A stretch of 64,000 nt of DNA from positions 1 through 64,000 of the forward strand of contig JAOPTT010000010.1 in assembly GCA_051531975.1 (NCBI GenBank). Reading direction: 5' to 3'. This document shows, piece by piece, positions 28,057-38,639 of this stretch (within the stretch, counting starts at the first letter, position 1; every line of letters starts with the position of its first letter). The notes under the pieces are model-generated. The model saw nothing but the letters and a program-made list of their open reading frames with translations, made no database searches and had not been told where the DNA came from. This stretch comes from Spirochaetaceae bacterium (GTDB lineage: Bacteria > Spirochaetota > Spirochaetia > DSM-2461). The position numbers were made by a program, and so were the translations under genes.

Positions 28057-29849
28057 TGGCTGAATCAAAAAGAAATACTTTTTCTGAAGATGAAATGTTA
28101 GATCAAGAGTTTAATAAAGAACAACTTAAAAAATTATTTATATACCTTGGGAAATATAAGAAAAAAATAACTATGGCATTTTTAGTTATACTAATATCAA
28201 CTTTAGCAAACCTAATGACACCACTTTTAATGAAGTTTGTAATAGATGATATTATACCTAATAAGGATATTAAGGCACTGATAATTGCATCAGTAATATT
28301 TATAGTTGTTATTATTATTAGTGCTATCTGTATGAAGTTTAGAATTAGATTCATGTCTGTAGTTGGTCAATCTGTAATCCGAGATATAAGACATGATATA
28401 TATGCTCATATTCAAACACTACCATTTACATTTTATGATAGCAGACCCCATGGAAAAATATTAGTTAGAATTGTTAATTATGTGAATTCTCTAAGTGACC
28501 TACTATCTAATGGTTTTGTTAATTTAGTAGTAGACTTATTCTCATTTGTTGTTGCATTTGCAATACTGTTTGCTTTAGATTATAGACTAACTTTAGTTAT
28601 ACTATTTTTTGTCCCATTTGCTCTTTGGGGTATAACTTATATAAAAAATAAACAGAGAAAGTCTATGCAAGAAGTTAGTTCAAAACAGTCTAATATGAAC
28701 GCATATATACACGAAAGTATTAGTGGTATGAAGGTTACACAATCTTTTACAAGAGAGGATGTAAACTTAAAAGTATTTACTGAACTAATGGATGAATACC
28801 AAAATAAGTGGATGGAATCTAGACATTATTTAGCTATGATTTTCCCTATAGTTAAGAATATTTCAATACTATCTACAGGGGTAATGATGACTGTAGCGTT
28901 AGTTCTTTTAAAAGGACAGATAACACCAGGAGTTGTTGTTGCAGCAATTGGATATTCTGGAAATTTCTGGATGCCACTTCTAAATATTAGTGAATTTTAT
29001 AACCAGTTAGTATCTGCAAGTGCATATCTAGAGCGAATATTTGAAACAATAGATATAAAAGCTGATATTTGTGATGATCCAGAAGCTTATGAATTACCAA
29101 CTGTTAAAGGTGATATAAATTTCAACAATCTTATTTTTGGATATGATAAAAACCAGATAATTTTAGATAACTTTAATTTAAATGTAGAAGCTGGAGAAAG
29201 AATTGCATTAGTAGGTCCAACCGGGGCTGGTAAAACTACAGTAGTTAATCTTATTAGTAGATTTTATGACTTAAACAGTGGAGAAATCTTAATCGATGGG
29301 CATAACATAAGTAAAGTTACATTAAAAAGTTTAAGATCTCAGATGGGTATAATGATGCAGGATACATTTATTTTCTCTGGAACGATAATTGATAACATCC
29401 GGTATGGGAAATTAGACGCTACTGATGAAGAAGTTATTGAAGCCGCAAAAACTGTTAAAGCACACGACTTTATTATACAGATGGAAGATGGATATAATTC
29501 GGAAGTAAATGAGAGAGGAACACGATTATCCACAGGACAAAGACAGCTATTATCATTTGCTAGAGCATTATTAATGGATCCTAAAATTCTAATTTTGGAC
29601 GAAGCAACTTCAAGTATAGATACACAAACTGAAATGGTAATTCAAGAAGCATTAGAAAAACTACTAATTGGTCGAACTTCATTTGTTATTGCCCATAGAC
29701 TATCAACTATAAAACAGGCTAATAGAATATTAGTTATTAATAACAAGGGTATAGAAGAGATAGGAACACATGATGAATTGATGTTAAACAGAGGTCATTA
29801 CCATGATCTATATAGTGCTCAAATAAGGTTTTTAAAAGAGACTATATAG
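28056..29849 (+). CDS. ABC exporter, fused permease/ATPase (heterodimer subunit 2)
   Basis: GPTGAGKT, LSTGQRQ, ILDEATS; translationally coupled (TAATG). Confidence 0.9.
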   Translation: MAESKRNTFSEDEMLDQEFNKEQLKKLFIYLGKYKKKITMAFLVILISTLANLMTPLLMKFVIDDIIPNKDIKALIIASVIFIVVIIISAICMKFRIRFMSVVGQSVIRDIRHDIYAHIQTLPFTFYDSRPHGKILVRIVNYVNSLSDLLSNGFVNLVVDLFSFVVAFAILFALDYRLTLVILFFVPFALWGITYIKNKQRKSMQEVSSKQSNMNAYIHESISGMKVTQSFTREDVNLKVFTELMDEYQNKWMESRHYLAMIFPIVKNISILSTGVMMTVALVLLKGQITPGVVVAAIGYSGNFWMPLLNISEFYNQLVSASAYLERIFETIDIKADICDDPEAYELPTVKGDINFNNLIFGYDKNQIILDNFNLNVEAGERIALVGPTGAGKTTVVNLISRFYDLNSGEILIDGHNISKVTLKSLRSQMGIMMQDTFIFSGTIIDNIRYGKLDATDEEVIEAAKTVKAHDFIIQMEDGYNSEVNERGTRLSTGQRQLLSFARALLMDPKILILDEATSSIDTQTEMVIQEALEKLLIGRTSFVIAHRLSTIKQANRILVINNKGIEEIGTHDELMLNRGHYHDLYSAQIRFLKETI

Positions 29850-29869
29850 ATCTAACAGACTGCTATCTT

Positions 29870-30892
29870 TTATAGTTTTACTTCGTAAACAAAGGCTATC
29901 CTATCAAAATAGAAATAATCTCCAATAACAGATCTGTTTTTAAAATAGTTGTTAAAAATTGTTTCATCAGAATATTCTAAAGCATTTGCAAACTCAGTTA
30001 AAAACAATAACGATTTTGTTTCAGATATCTTCCAATTAAGAATGTGTCCAATTTTAATAGATATAAAGTCAGATCCCCAACCTTCATCACCAATGGTACT
30101 TAGGTCTGCATTATCTCCAAGAAGTTGATCTACTTCAACCTTAAAACCTGTAAAGTTAATTGCAAGTGGCATCTGATAACCTATTACATACTCTCCAACA
30201 TAATTCCAGCCGTTAAAGTTTTTTCCACCATCGGCTAAATATTGCCAGGCTTCGGTATCTTCTGCACCTGTAAAATATCTGTATTTTGCTTTGTGAGTTG
30301 TCTGTACAACGATATGGTGCCACTCTCCAGGCCAAACTGCTTCTAAGTCAAATTGGAAAGTTCCTGAACCCCAATACTGAAATACAGCTCCAGGAAATGA
30401 TTCAGTTTCTGGAATTCCAGTTCCATCTTCATTTAATCCTAAACCGTTAAATACTAAATTCCAACCAGTTCCAACATGCCCACCAACTTCAAAATTAAGA
30501 AATGCTATTGGAGTTAATTTCAGAGATCCTTCAGTATTAAATGTTACTGGAGACAAATTAAAAGATGTTTCAGCGACTAAGTTATTATCGGCTGTTAAAA
30601 AATTAACACCTTGAAGAAAAGGATAAGTTCTTTTATGTATATAACTACCTTGAAGCTCAATACCACCCCACCCGGAACCTAGGTCTCGACCTTCATCTAT
30701 ATCTGAAATAAATGAGTCAGGGAGTTCTATAGGTGTATATGTAGGGGAATCAAAGCCACCTGATAGATCATAACCTTCATTATTATCTATATAATATGCA
30801 CCTTGTACTGATATGGAATTCTCAATTTCTGGTTCTACTGAAAATATAATTACAGCAGTAAAAGTTAATAATAATAATAATAATTTATTCAT
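29870..30892 (-). CDS. Hypothetical exported protein, probable outer-membrane beta-barrel
   Basis: Signal peptide; aromatic/Gly-rich amphipathic strands; ends RIAFVYEVKL. Confidence 0.6.
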   Translation of the reverse strand: MNKLLLLLLTFTAVIIFSVEPEIENSISVQGAYYIDNNEGYDLSGGFDSPTYTPIELPDSFISDIDEGRDLGSGWGGIELQGSYIHKRTYPFLQGVNFLTADNNLVAETSFNLSPVTFNTEGSLKLTPIAFLNFEVGGHVGTGWNLVFNGLGLNEDGTGIPETESFPGAVFQYWGSGTFQFDLEAVWPGEWHHIVVQTTHKAKYRYFTGAEDTEAWQYLADGGKNFNGWNYVGEYVIGYQMPLAINFTGFKVEVDQLLGDNADLSTIGDEGWGSDFISIKIGHILNWKISETKSLLFLTEFANALEYSDETIFNNYFKNRSVIGDYFYFDRIAFVYEVKL

Positions 30893-31397
30893 GTTTATTC
30901 TCCATTTTAATAAGTTCTAATATACCCATAAGTCCACTATCTGTAGCTAACTTAATGTTGTCTTCTCTGGAATCTGTAAAATTAAACATTTTACTTTTTA
31001 CACCACCAGGACCAGCCCATGCGATCCAAACTGTACCTACTGGCTTTTCTGCAGTTCCTCCTGTAGGTCCTGCAATTCCAGAAGTAGCCACAGCCCAGTC
31101 TGTTTTAATTAATTTTTTAACACCTAAAGCCATCTGTTCAACAACTTGTTTGCTAACAGCCCCATAATCTAATAAATCTTGACCACTAACCTGTAAAACA
31201 TTCTCTTTGACACTGTTATCATAAGCAACAACCCCACCATAAAAATATGCTGATGAGCCAGAAAACCTTGATAGATGATGAGATATTTTACCACCAGTAC
31301 AACTTTCTGCACAGGAAATAGTTTGTTTACGATCGGTTAACTCACGACCTATTAGAGTTTCAGGTAGCTCTTTAGCCTTTTGTACAACTTTATTCAT
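30885..31397 (-). CDS. cinA: CinA C-terminal / PncC nicotinamide-nucleotide amidohydrolase
   Basis: AESCTGG, GSSAYF.GGVVAY, YGAVS, SGIAGPTGG, KPVGTV; the ORF-track start 31460 lies inside a terminator, so ATG 31397 is preferred. Confidence 0.88.
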   Translation of the reverse strand: MNKVVQKAKELPETLIGRELTDRKQTISCAESCTGGKISHHLSRFSGSSAYFYGGVVAYDNSVKENVLQVSGQDLLDYGAVSKQVVEQMALGVKKLIKTDWAVATSGIAGPTGGTAEKPVGTVWIAWAGPGGVKSKMFNFTDSREDNIKLATDSGLMGILELIKMENKHE

Positions 31398-31443
31398 ATA
31401 GAAATGATATGAACTGTATAAGGACACGTCAAGTAGAATAAAT

Positions 31444-31476
31444 AAAAAAAGCCCACACATCTAGAATGTATGGGCT
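31444..31476 (-). terminator. Intrinsic terminator of the GH94 gene
   Basis: Minus strand AGCCCATACAT-TCTAG-ATGTGTGGGCT followed by a T run. Confidence 0.85.
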
Positions 31477-31496
31477 GTATTAATAAAGTATAATGG

Positions 31497-33887
31497 TTAA
31501 CCCATAATAGCTATAACAGTATGTTCTTTTCCATCATCAAATATTGGAGCTCTACAACCATCTATATCTTTACCATCTATAGTTAATTGTTTTATACCTT
31601 TTGAAACATGATTTGGATTTTTTACAGTAATATTATATGTTGCATTTTTATAGAACTTTGTAACCTCAAAACCATCCCATTTTGTTGGAATACATGGGTT
31701 AATATTAAGACCTATATAATCCGGTTTAATTCCTAATATATACTTTGTAGCTGCCTGATAACACCAAGAAGCAGTTCCGGATAACCAAGAATTTCTTCCT
31801 AACCCAAACTGTTCATGTTCATCACCTAATATATTTTGTGGATAAACATAGGGTTCACACTCAAACTCATCAATTTTATCATTTTTAGTAATAGGATTAA
31901 TTTGATTATGATACTCAAAAGCCCTATCTCCGTTCCCCATCATTGTCTCTGCAATCATTACCCAGGGGTTAGAGTGAAGAAATATACCTCCATTCTCTTT
32001 AGCTCCAGGTGGATATGTTGAAACCCCACCTAGATCTTCCTGATACCCATTATAACCAGGCCATGAAAGTTTAATTCCATTTTTAGTATTTAATTTATCA
32101 TAAACAGAATCGAGAGCCACTTTTGCTCTCTCATCGGTTGCAACACCTGACATAACTGTCCAAGACTGAGCATTTGTAAATATGGAACCATACTCATTCT
32201 TTTTTGAACCTATAGGGGCTCCATTCTGATCAAAATATCTTACATACCAGTCACCATCCCACATAACATCATTAACTGCTTTTTGGTTATCGGCGAAATA
32301 ATTTTTATATATTTTGACAGTTTTGTTATCCCCAGTAAACTCTAACAGTTCAATTAGTTCATTTAATGCTTTAGAGTATAAGTTTGCATTAAAAATTGAC
32401 TCTGAACCAGTTGGTAAGTTAACTGTATCGTTCCAGTCTGCAAAACCTAACAGAGGAATGCCATGGCTACCTCTGTTATTTCTAGTAAACTCTATAGACC
32501 GCTTTAAATGTTCTAAAACTGTAGCCTCTTCATCTTTGTCGTAAAATTTAACAACTTCATCTAGAAAAGCAAAATCCCCGCTCTCTTTTAAATATTCAGC
32601 AACTGTCTGAACAATCCATAAATGGTCATCACCATAATAATCTGGTCTGTCCTCCATCTCCTCTGAATCTCCACATGTAGCTTCCATGGAAAGTGGGAAG
32701 AACTGATGCATTGCAGAACCATTTGCCCGTTGGGTGGAAAGTAATTTTTTTAACATAACAGTTGTCTCTTCTGGACAAAGACCCATAACACCAATTAAAT
32801 CCTGGGAAGTATCTCTAAAACCTATTCCTCTAGCCCCTAAACCAAGTTGATATAGTGATAGAAACCTAGACCAGTTTTTTGTAGTTAAACACTGCTTAGG
32901 ATTATGAATATTTACTAAAGTATCAAAATCTTTACTTGGTGTTTTTACTTGAAAACGATCTAAATAGTTATCCCAGTGATTTTTTAAATCGGAAAATGCC
33001 TTATCAACATTAATTTCAGATCTATACTTACTCATCTCTTTAAGTTCGAATTCAAAATTTGTATATTGTCCTAGCTGAGTTATTACCCTCTCTGTTGATC
33101 CGGTTGATACTAATCCTAAGTGAAACAGTTGTGCTGCAATATTATCCTCTCGTAGAGCCTGGTAGTTACTAAGTTCAGGTTGATTTAAAGAGAGGGGTGC
33201 TGCAAATGTTCCATACCCATTATTTCCTAAAAAGTTTTTCCTATCTGTTTCAAAAGAACTAACTTCCCTATTAGATGTTACATAATTAACCTCTTTGTCT
33301 TTTTTCATGAAAGCACATTGGGTCAAAATGGTATAGATTCCATCTTTTACTAATTTAGACTGCATTGTCTGTGGAACCCAGTCAGCATTATTAAACTGCT
33401 TAATAGCCTCGAAGTGGGTATATTCAACAACAGGGATAATATCTATTTCAACAGCACTAGCCCTTAAATTTGTAACTTTTATATCGCGAATTTCTCTCTG
33501 ACTATCTGTAGGAATAAAAATTGTAACTTCTACTTTTATACCATTTACTACAGATTCATAAATACTATAACCATTACCTACTCTACATTTATAAGATTCG
33601 TAGTCTTTTAGCACTGGTACAAAAAATGGAGAAAATAGTTCGTACCCACTATCTGTTTTAACTCTAACATATAGTGTTTCACCTTTAAAATTTGAGGATG
33701 GAAGTTGTGGTATATATTTAACGATTCTATTAAGAGCAGGATCTCCTTTACAAAGTAATGCTCCACCGGTATGGTCTACAAAACCACCAAAATCTAAACT
33801 TCCAATATAGTTAATCCACTTAACTGGTGTCTTTGGATTAGTAATTACATACTCTTTTACATCATTATCAAAATAGCCATATTTCAT
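31497..33887 (-). CDS. GH94 glycoside phosphorylase (cellobiose/chitobiose phosphorylase family)
   Basis: MKYGYFD...EYVIT.P.TP..WINY, GFRD..QD, ADWND, KENGGIFLH, SWLSGTA. Confidence 0.9.
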   Translation of the reverse strand: MKYGYFDNDVKEYVITNPKTPVKWINYIGSLDFGGFVDHTGGALLCKGDPALNRIVKYIPQLPSSNFKGETLYVRVKTDSGYELFSPFFVPVLKDYESYKCRVGNGYSIYESVVNGIKVEVTIFIPTDSQREIRDIKVTNLRASAVEIDIIPVVEYTHFEAIKQFNNADWVPQTMQSKLVKDGIYTILTQCAFMKKDKEVNYVTSNREVSSFETDRKNFLGNNGYGTFAAPLSLNQPELSNYQALREDNIAAQLFHLGLVSTGSTERVITQLGQYTNFEFELKEMSKYRSEINVDKAFSDLKNHWDNYLDRFQVKTPSKDFDTLVNIHNPKQCLTTKNWSRFLSLYQLGLGARGIGFRDTSQDLIGVMGLCPEETTVMLKKLLSTQRANGSAMHQFFPLSMEATCGDSEEMEDRPDYYGDDHLWIVQTVAEYLKESGDFAFLDEVVKFYDKDEEATVLEHLKRSIEFTRNNRGSHGIPLLGFADWNDTVNLPTGSESIFNANLYSKALNELIELLEFTGDNKTVKIYKNYFADNQKAVNDVMWDGDWYVRYFDQNGAPIGSKKNEYGSIFTNAQSWTVMSGVATDERAKVALDSVYDKLNTKNGIKLSWPGYNGYQEDLGGVSTYPPGAKENGGIFLHSNPWVMIAETMMGNGDRAFEYHNQINPITKNDKIDEFECEPYVYPQNILGDEHEQFGLGRNSWLSGTASWCYQAATKYILGIKPDYIGLNINPCIPTKWDGFEVTKFYKNATYNITVKNPNHVSKGIKQLTIDGKDIDGCRAPIFDDGKEHTVIAIMG

Positions 33888-34034
33888 CTGATAAACTCCT
33901 TAGTCTTTGGTTGCATAGGCGAGCAGTAACTTTTTTGTTACGACCAGCTTTATATTATATTGATATAATGAGCTAATTAGTTTCCGTCGTCAACTAAAAA
34001 GATTGTAAATCAGTAATTATTTATATTTTGTCGA

Positions 34035-34931
34035 CTATTTTCTTTTATATATCAGTTCCCACTGGCTTAAAATCATACCTAATAACATTAAAGAACAACC
34101 TATAAAACCTTTAGTCGTAAGTCCTTCGGATAAAAATATCACTCCACCAATCACAGCAAAAACACTTTCAAAACTCATTATTATTGCAGAATGGGCTGGA
34201 GGTGCATCTTTTTGAGCAACTATTTGTAATGTATAACCTATACATACTGAACCAATTCCTCCATAAAGAATTGGAATCATAGCAGAGTAGATAGCTTGTA
34301 ATGAAATTGGTTCTAAAACAAAGGCCACTATTAAACTAAGTAGAGAACACCAAGCAAACTGTATCGATGCTAATAATACTGCTTCTATTTTTTTAGAAAA
34401 GTGGTCAATGATCAATACATGTATTGCAAAACAAAAAGAACTTAATAATACAAAAAAGTCGCCCTGCCCTATTCTACCAACATCGTTAACACTAATTAAG
34501 TAGAGACCTATAACAGCAATAAAAGCACCTATCCAGGTAGGAAGACCAGTTTTATGTTTTAATAAAATCCCTAAAATTGGAACAAAAACAACATATAATC
34601 CTGTAATAAATCCAGCTTTACCAGCAGTAGTATATTGTATGCCAACCTGCTGTAAAGATGCACCAGCAAAAAGAACTACTCCAGATATCAGTCCCACTAC
34701 AAAAATGTTTTTTTTACTAAAGGTTACTTTTTGACTATTTTCTCCTAGTCTTTTTTTCTTCATATAATATATTAGAGGTATAAGAGAAATTGAACCTATT
34801 GCAAACCTTATTCCGTTGTATAAATATGGACCTATAAATTCCATTCCTCTGATTTGTGCTACAAAAGCAAAACCCCAAATAGCAGATGTTAATAATAAAA
34901 GTGCGTCGGATCTTAGTGTTTTATTTATCAT
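34035..34931 (-). CDS. EamA/DMT family transporter
   Basis: IWGFAFVAQ, TTAGKAGFITGLYVVFVP, ESVFA; 10 TM. Confidence 0.88.
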   Translation of the reverse strand: MINKTLRSDALLLLTSAIWGFAFVAQIRGMEFIGPYLYNGIRFAIGSISLIPLIYYMKKKRLGENSQKVTFSKKNIFVVGLISGVVLFAGASLQQVGIQYTTAGKAGFITGLYVVFVPILGILLKHKTGLPTWIGAFIAVIGLYLISVNDVGRIGQGDFFVLLSSFCFAIHVLIIDHFSKKIEAVLLASIQFAWCSLLSLIVAFVLEPISLQAIYSAMIPILYGGIGSVCIGYTLQIVAQKDAPPAHSAIIMSFESVFAVIGGVIFLSEGLTTKGFIGCSLMLLGMILSQWELIYKRK

Positions 34932-34953
34932 GATGTTCCTATATATCTTTAGT

Positions 34954-35784
34954 TTAGAATAATTTTTTATGCATGTGACAATATGGTTCTTTTTTATGTT
35001 TTACATAATAATCCTGGTGATAATCTTCAGCGATCCAAAATGTACTAGATTCTAATAACTCAGTTACAATATCTAACCCTCTGTTTTTAAGTATTTTAAC
35101 TAATTCTTTTGCTATATTAAACTCTTTTGTTGTTGAATAAAAAATAGCTGATAAGTATTGAGACCCAATATCAGAACCTTGACCATTACCCTGTGTAGGA
35201 TCATGTATTTCAAAAAAAAGTTTAGTTAAATCTGTGTAACTTATTTTTTTTGGATTATATATAACTCTAACAACTTCTAAATGCCCTGTGTCCCCGGTAC
35301 AAACCTGTTCATAAGTAGGATTCAAAACCTCGCCACCCATATATCCAGATTCAACACTAAAAACACCATCTTGTTTTTGTAATAGATGTTCAACACCCCA
35401 AAAACAACCTCCAGCATAATATGCAACTGCCTTAAAAACCAAAGACAGACTATTCACACAAAATCTTGTATTTTTATTTGTTAGATGTTCGCCTTCAAAT
35501 ACATGACCTAAATGACCACCACAGTTATGGCATAATATTTCAACTCTTCGGCCATCGATATCTGGTTTTCTAATTATAGCACCAGCAACCTCAGCATCAA
35601 AACTTGGCCATCCACAACCGGAATCAAATTTATCTGAGGAATCATATAGCTTAGAGTCACACTGTCTACAGTGGTAAAATCCATTATCAAATAGATTATC
35701 ATATTCTCCAGAAAATGCAGCCTCTGTTCCTTTGTTTATTATTACATGTTCTTCTTCTTTAGATAATTTATTATATTTTGACAT
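34954..35784 (-). CDS. msrAB: Bifunctional methionine sulfoxide reductase, MsrB-MsrA order
   Basis: N-terminal MsrB (GTE, CRQC, SGCGWPSF, HLGHVF, RFCVNS); C-terminal MsrA (GGCFWGVE, HDPTQ, AEDYHQDY). Confidence 0.92.
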   Translation of the reverse strand: MSKYNKLSKEEEHVIINKGTEAAFSGEYDNLFDNGFYHCRQCDSKLYDSSDKFDSGCGWPSFDAEVAGAIIRKPDIDGRRVEILCHNCGGHLGHVFEGEHLTNKNTRFCVNSLSLVFKAVAYYAGGCFWGVEHLLQKQDGVFSVESGYMGGEVLNPTYEQVCTGDTGHLEVVRVIYNPKKISYTDLTKLFFEIHDPTQGNGQGSDIGSQYLSAIFYSTTKEFNIAKELVKILKNRGLDIVTELLESSTFWIAEDYHQDYYVKHKKEPYCHMHKKLF

Positions 35785-35794
35785 AATATACCTC

Positions 35795-37705
35795 TTACTC
35801 TGATTCTACAGGAAAAGCAATTTCAAAAGTAGTACCTACACTAATTTTACTTATACAATTAATTGAACCATTTAATTTTTGTTTAATCAGATTATAAACA
35901 ATATGCATACCTAAACCACTACCTCCATCTCCACGTTTGGTAGTAAAAAAAGGTTCATATATCTTCTTTACATTAATTTCAGACATTCCTTGACCATTAT
36001 CCATATAAACAACATTTATTATTTTATTAACTTTAGTTATTTTAATATCAATATTACCTTCTCCTGTCTCTGAAAATCCATGTTTTATAGAATTTAATAT
36101 TAAATTTGTTATTATCTGAGAAAATGCACCGGGGTAACTTTTAACAAGAATATTATCTGGACAATCGACATCAATTTTATAATTATTTTTCTTAAACTTT
36201 GGATGAAGACTAGATAAAACTTCACCTAAATAGTTCCCTATATTAAATTTTCTTATATCTTCAGATGACTGATCAACTGCAACCTGTTTAAAACTTTTAA
36301 TCAAGTTAGCTGATCTTTGACTATTTGCTAATATAAGCTTTGTAGTATTTTCTACATTTTCAAAATATTCTATGAATAGACTCTTTGCCAGGTTATTATC
36401 CTTATATGCTGTTAGGATATCCTCGGTTTGTTCAAAAAGGTAAGAGGATGCAGTAACAATGATTCCAATAGGTGTATTAATTTCATGAGCAACTCCAGCA
36501 ACCATGCCACCTAAAGCAGCCATTTTCTCAGATTCAATCATATGTTCTTGGGCTTGTTCTAATGATTTTAGAGCACTACGTAACTCTTTTGTCTGTTTTT
36601 TAACCTCATTCTCAAGTTCTACTTTATTTTGACTAATCTTATTTTTAGCTTGCAATAAGTCTAATTCACGACTGTTAATCTGAGTCGACATATCTAGAAT
36701 TGAATCCGAAAGCTGGTTTAGTTCTTTTATTTTAATATCTCTAATAGAAAAGTCATACCACCCATCAGATATTGCTTTTGTCGTTTGCAGAAGTATTTCC
36801 ACACCATGAACAATCCTATCCCCAAATCTTTTACTTACAATTATTGTAATTAAAATTATAATAATTAATAAAATAATTATAGGTATTAACATTTTTATAA
36901 CAGGATTTAAAACATTCTCTAACGGATTAAAAATAGTGATGCTCCAATCAATTCCTGACATTAATACTGTTTGAGAAAAGTACCTTTTTCCTAAATATTC
37001 ACGAATATTATTATTAGAATTTACAATACTTTGGGTTTCTCTAAATATAACTTTCTGTTTATCAGGATGATAAATATAAACCCCTCTCTGATCAGTTACA
37101 AAAACAAATCTATTAGATGACTTTTTATTTATTAGATCTATTAATGTTTCTATTCTTTCAATGGATATAAATAGAGTAATTATTCCATCATTATATGGAG
37201 CACTTAATGCTACTGCAGAGGACTCAGTCTGATTAGATAAAAAGGTAGGTGACCAATATGGTGCTTGTAAGTTTGTTGTTTGTTTAAAATACTCTTGCCC
37301 GGATACATCATTACCAAGTAGATATGTATCAAAAGGGTATAAAGTAAGAATTTCACCAATTTTATTTGTAACATTTATACCTTTAATGTCTTGCTGATTA
37401 ATAACAGTTGCACTTAAAATTTTATTTAAAATATCACTATCAGTCTCTAAGCCACTATTTAATGCTTCTTTAATAATCATTAATTCAGATAATGGCTCTT
37501 TTACATAGTTCTCTATACTATTAGAAAGAAGTGATACTTTTATTAGATCTTCATCTTCGATCTCTTCTCGAAGAGAATCTGCAGCAATATAGAGACTAAA
37601 GGAACTTAGGGTTAAGATAGGAATTATAACTGTAAAAAGAATAAAATATAACAAGAACTTATGTATACTTGTATTTGTAAAATTATTTATTTTTTTATAT
37701 ATCAT
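35795..37705 (-). CDS. Sensor histidine kinase (Cache-HAMP-HisKA-HATPase)
   Basis: 2 TM; EKMAALGGMVAGVAHEINTP H-box; N, G1 DNGQG, F, G2 GSGLG boxes. Confidence 0.9.
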   Translation of the reverse strand: MIYKKINNFTNTSIHKFLLYFILFTVIIPILTLSSFSLYIAADSLREEIEDEDLIKVSLLSNSIENYVKEPLSELMIIKEALNSGLETDSDILNKILSATVINQQDIKGINVTNKIGEILTLYPFDTYLLGNDVSGQEYFKQTTNLQAPYWSPTFLSNQTESSAVALSAPYNDGIITLFISIERIETLIDLINKKSSNRFVFVTDQRGVYIYHPDKQKVIFRETQSIVNSNNNIREYLGKRYFSQTVLMSGIDWSITIFNPLENVLNPVIKMLIPIIILLIIIILITIIVSKRFGDRIVHGVEILLQTTKAISDGWYDFSIRDIKIKELNQLSDSILDMSTQINSRELDLLQAKNKISQNKVELENEVKKQTKELRSALKSLEQAQEHMIESEKMAALGGMVAGVAHEINTPIGIIVTASSYLFEQTEDILTAYKDNNLAKSLFIEYFENVENTTKLILANSQRSANLIKSFKQVAVDQSSEDIRKFNIGNYLGEVLSSLHPKFKKNNYKIDVDCPDNILVKSYPGAFSQIITNLILNSIKHGFSETGEGNIDIKITKVNKIINVVYMDNGQGMSEINVKKIYEPFFTTKRGDGGSGLGMHIVYNLIKQKLNGSINCISKISVGTTFEIAFPVESE

Positions 37706-37858
37706 AACTTTATCTACTTCTTTTATGAGTCGTGTTTAAACGCCCTTACAATTTTTTATATTAAATATACTCTAAAATTCTAATATCAAAAAGAGTAAAT
37801 CTTTATAATAAATTGTAATTCTATAGACGTTATCAATCAAGTGGATAATCTTTTATAT

Positions 37859-38524
37859 TTACTTAACTACCTGGAATCCTCTCTTTTTCCAATCTCCAAT
37901 TCCATATCTTAGATTATATATTTTTTTAAATCCTGCATCTATTAGAATTTTTGATGCCACTGTACTTCTATTCCCAGATTGGCAGTAGACAAAAATAGGT
38001 TCATCTTTAAACTGTTCTAACTTATCTAAATTGTCTGCTATATTCTGTACAGGAAGTAGACCGGCACCTTGGATATAACCTGATTCATACTCCCCTTTAG
38101 TTCTAACATCTAAAATAAATGGAGAAATGTTTTTAATAAGTTCGGTTGCTTCAGCTGCAGTTACCTCAATATAATTAGAATTACCAGTATATTCTATAAC
38201 CCTTAAAATTCCCTTTTTCTCACCAACTATAATATTATAAGTACCAACCTCTTTCATCTTAATATAAGGTTTACCACTCTTAGGCATTGGCAATATAGAT
38301 TCAAAATCTAATTCTAAAATCTTAATGTTTGAGGTTGATCTGTCTTTTAAATTAAAAACGATGTAGTCCCCTCTATAGACAGTGAAATCTAGTTTTGTAG
38401 ACTTAGAAATATCAATAACCCTAAGACCACCTTTAATCTCTCCTGTTACTTCTACTTTACTATTTGCAGTACAGGACATTAAAAAAATTATTGTTAAAAT
38501 TAAAAAATATATCATTTTTTTCAT
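37859..38524 (-). CDS. Rhodanese-domain lipoprotein
   Basis: Lipobox FLMSC; LDVRT..EY..GYI.GA, YCQSGNRS; SD GAGGTG before ATG 38524. Confidence 0.85.
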   Translation of the reverse strand: MKKMIYFLILTIIFLMSCTANSKVEVTGEIKGGLRVIDISKSTKLDFTVYRGDYIVFNLKDRSTSNIKILELDFESILPMPKSGKPYIKMKEVGTYNIIVGEKKGILRVIEYTGNSNYIEVTAAEATELIKNISPFILDVRTKGEYESGYIQGAGLLPVQNIADNLDKLEQFKDEPIFVYCQSGNRSTVASKILIDAGFKKIYNLRYGIGDWKKRGFQVVK

Positions 38525-38639
38525 ATAGACACCTCTTATATGCAAAATATACTATATAGAACGAAAAATGGCAATTAAAAGTTTCTATACTTGATGTTTT
38601 TATTAAGAATAATTACTATTAAGTATATAGGAGATTAAA

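Noticed and set aside
31398..31460. N-terminal extension of CinA in the ORF track
   Set aside because: Overlaps the GH94 terminator and the cinA promoter.
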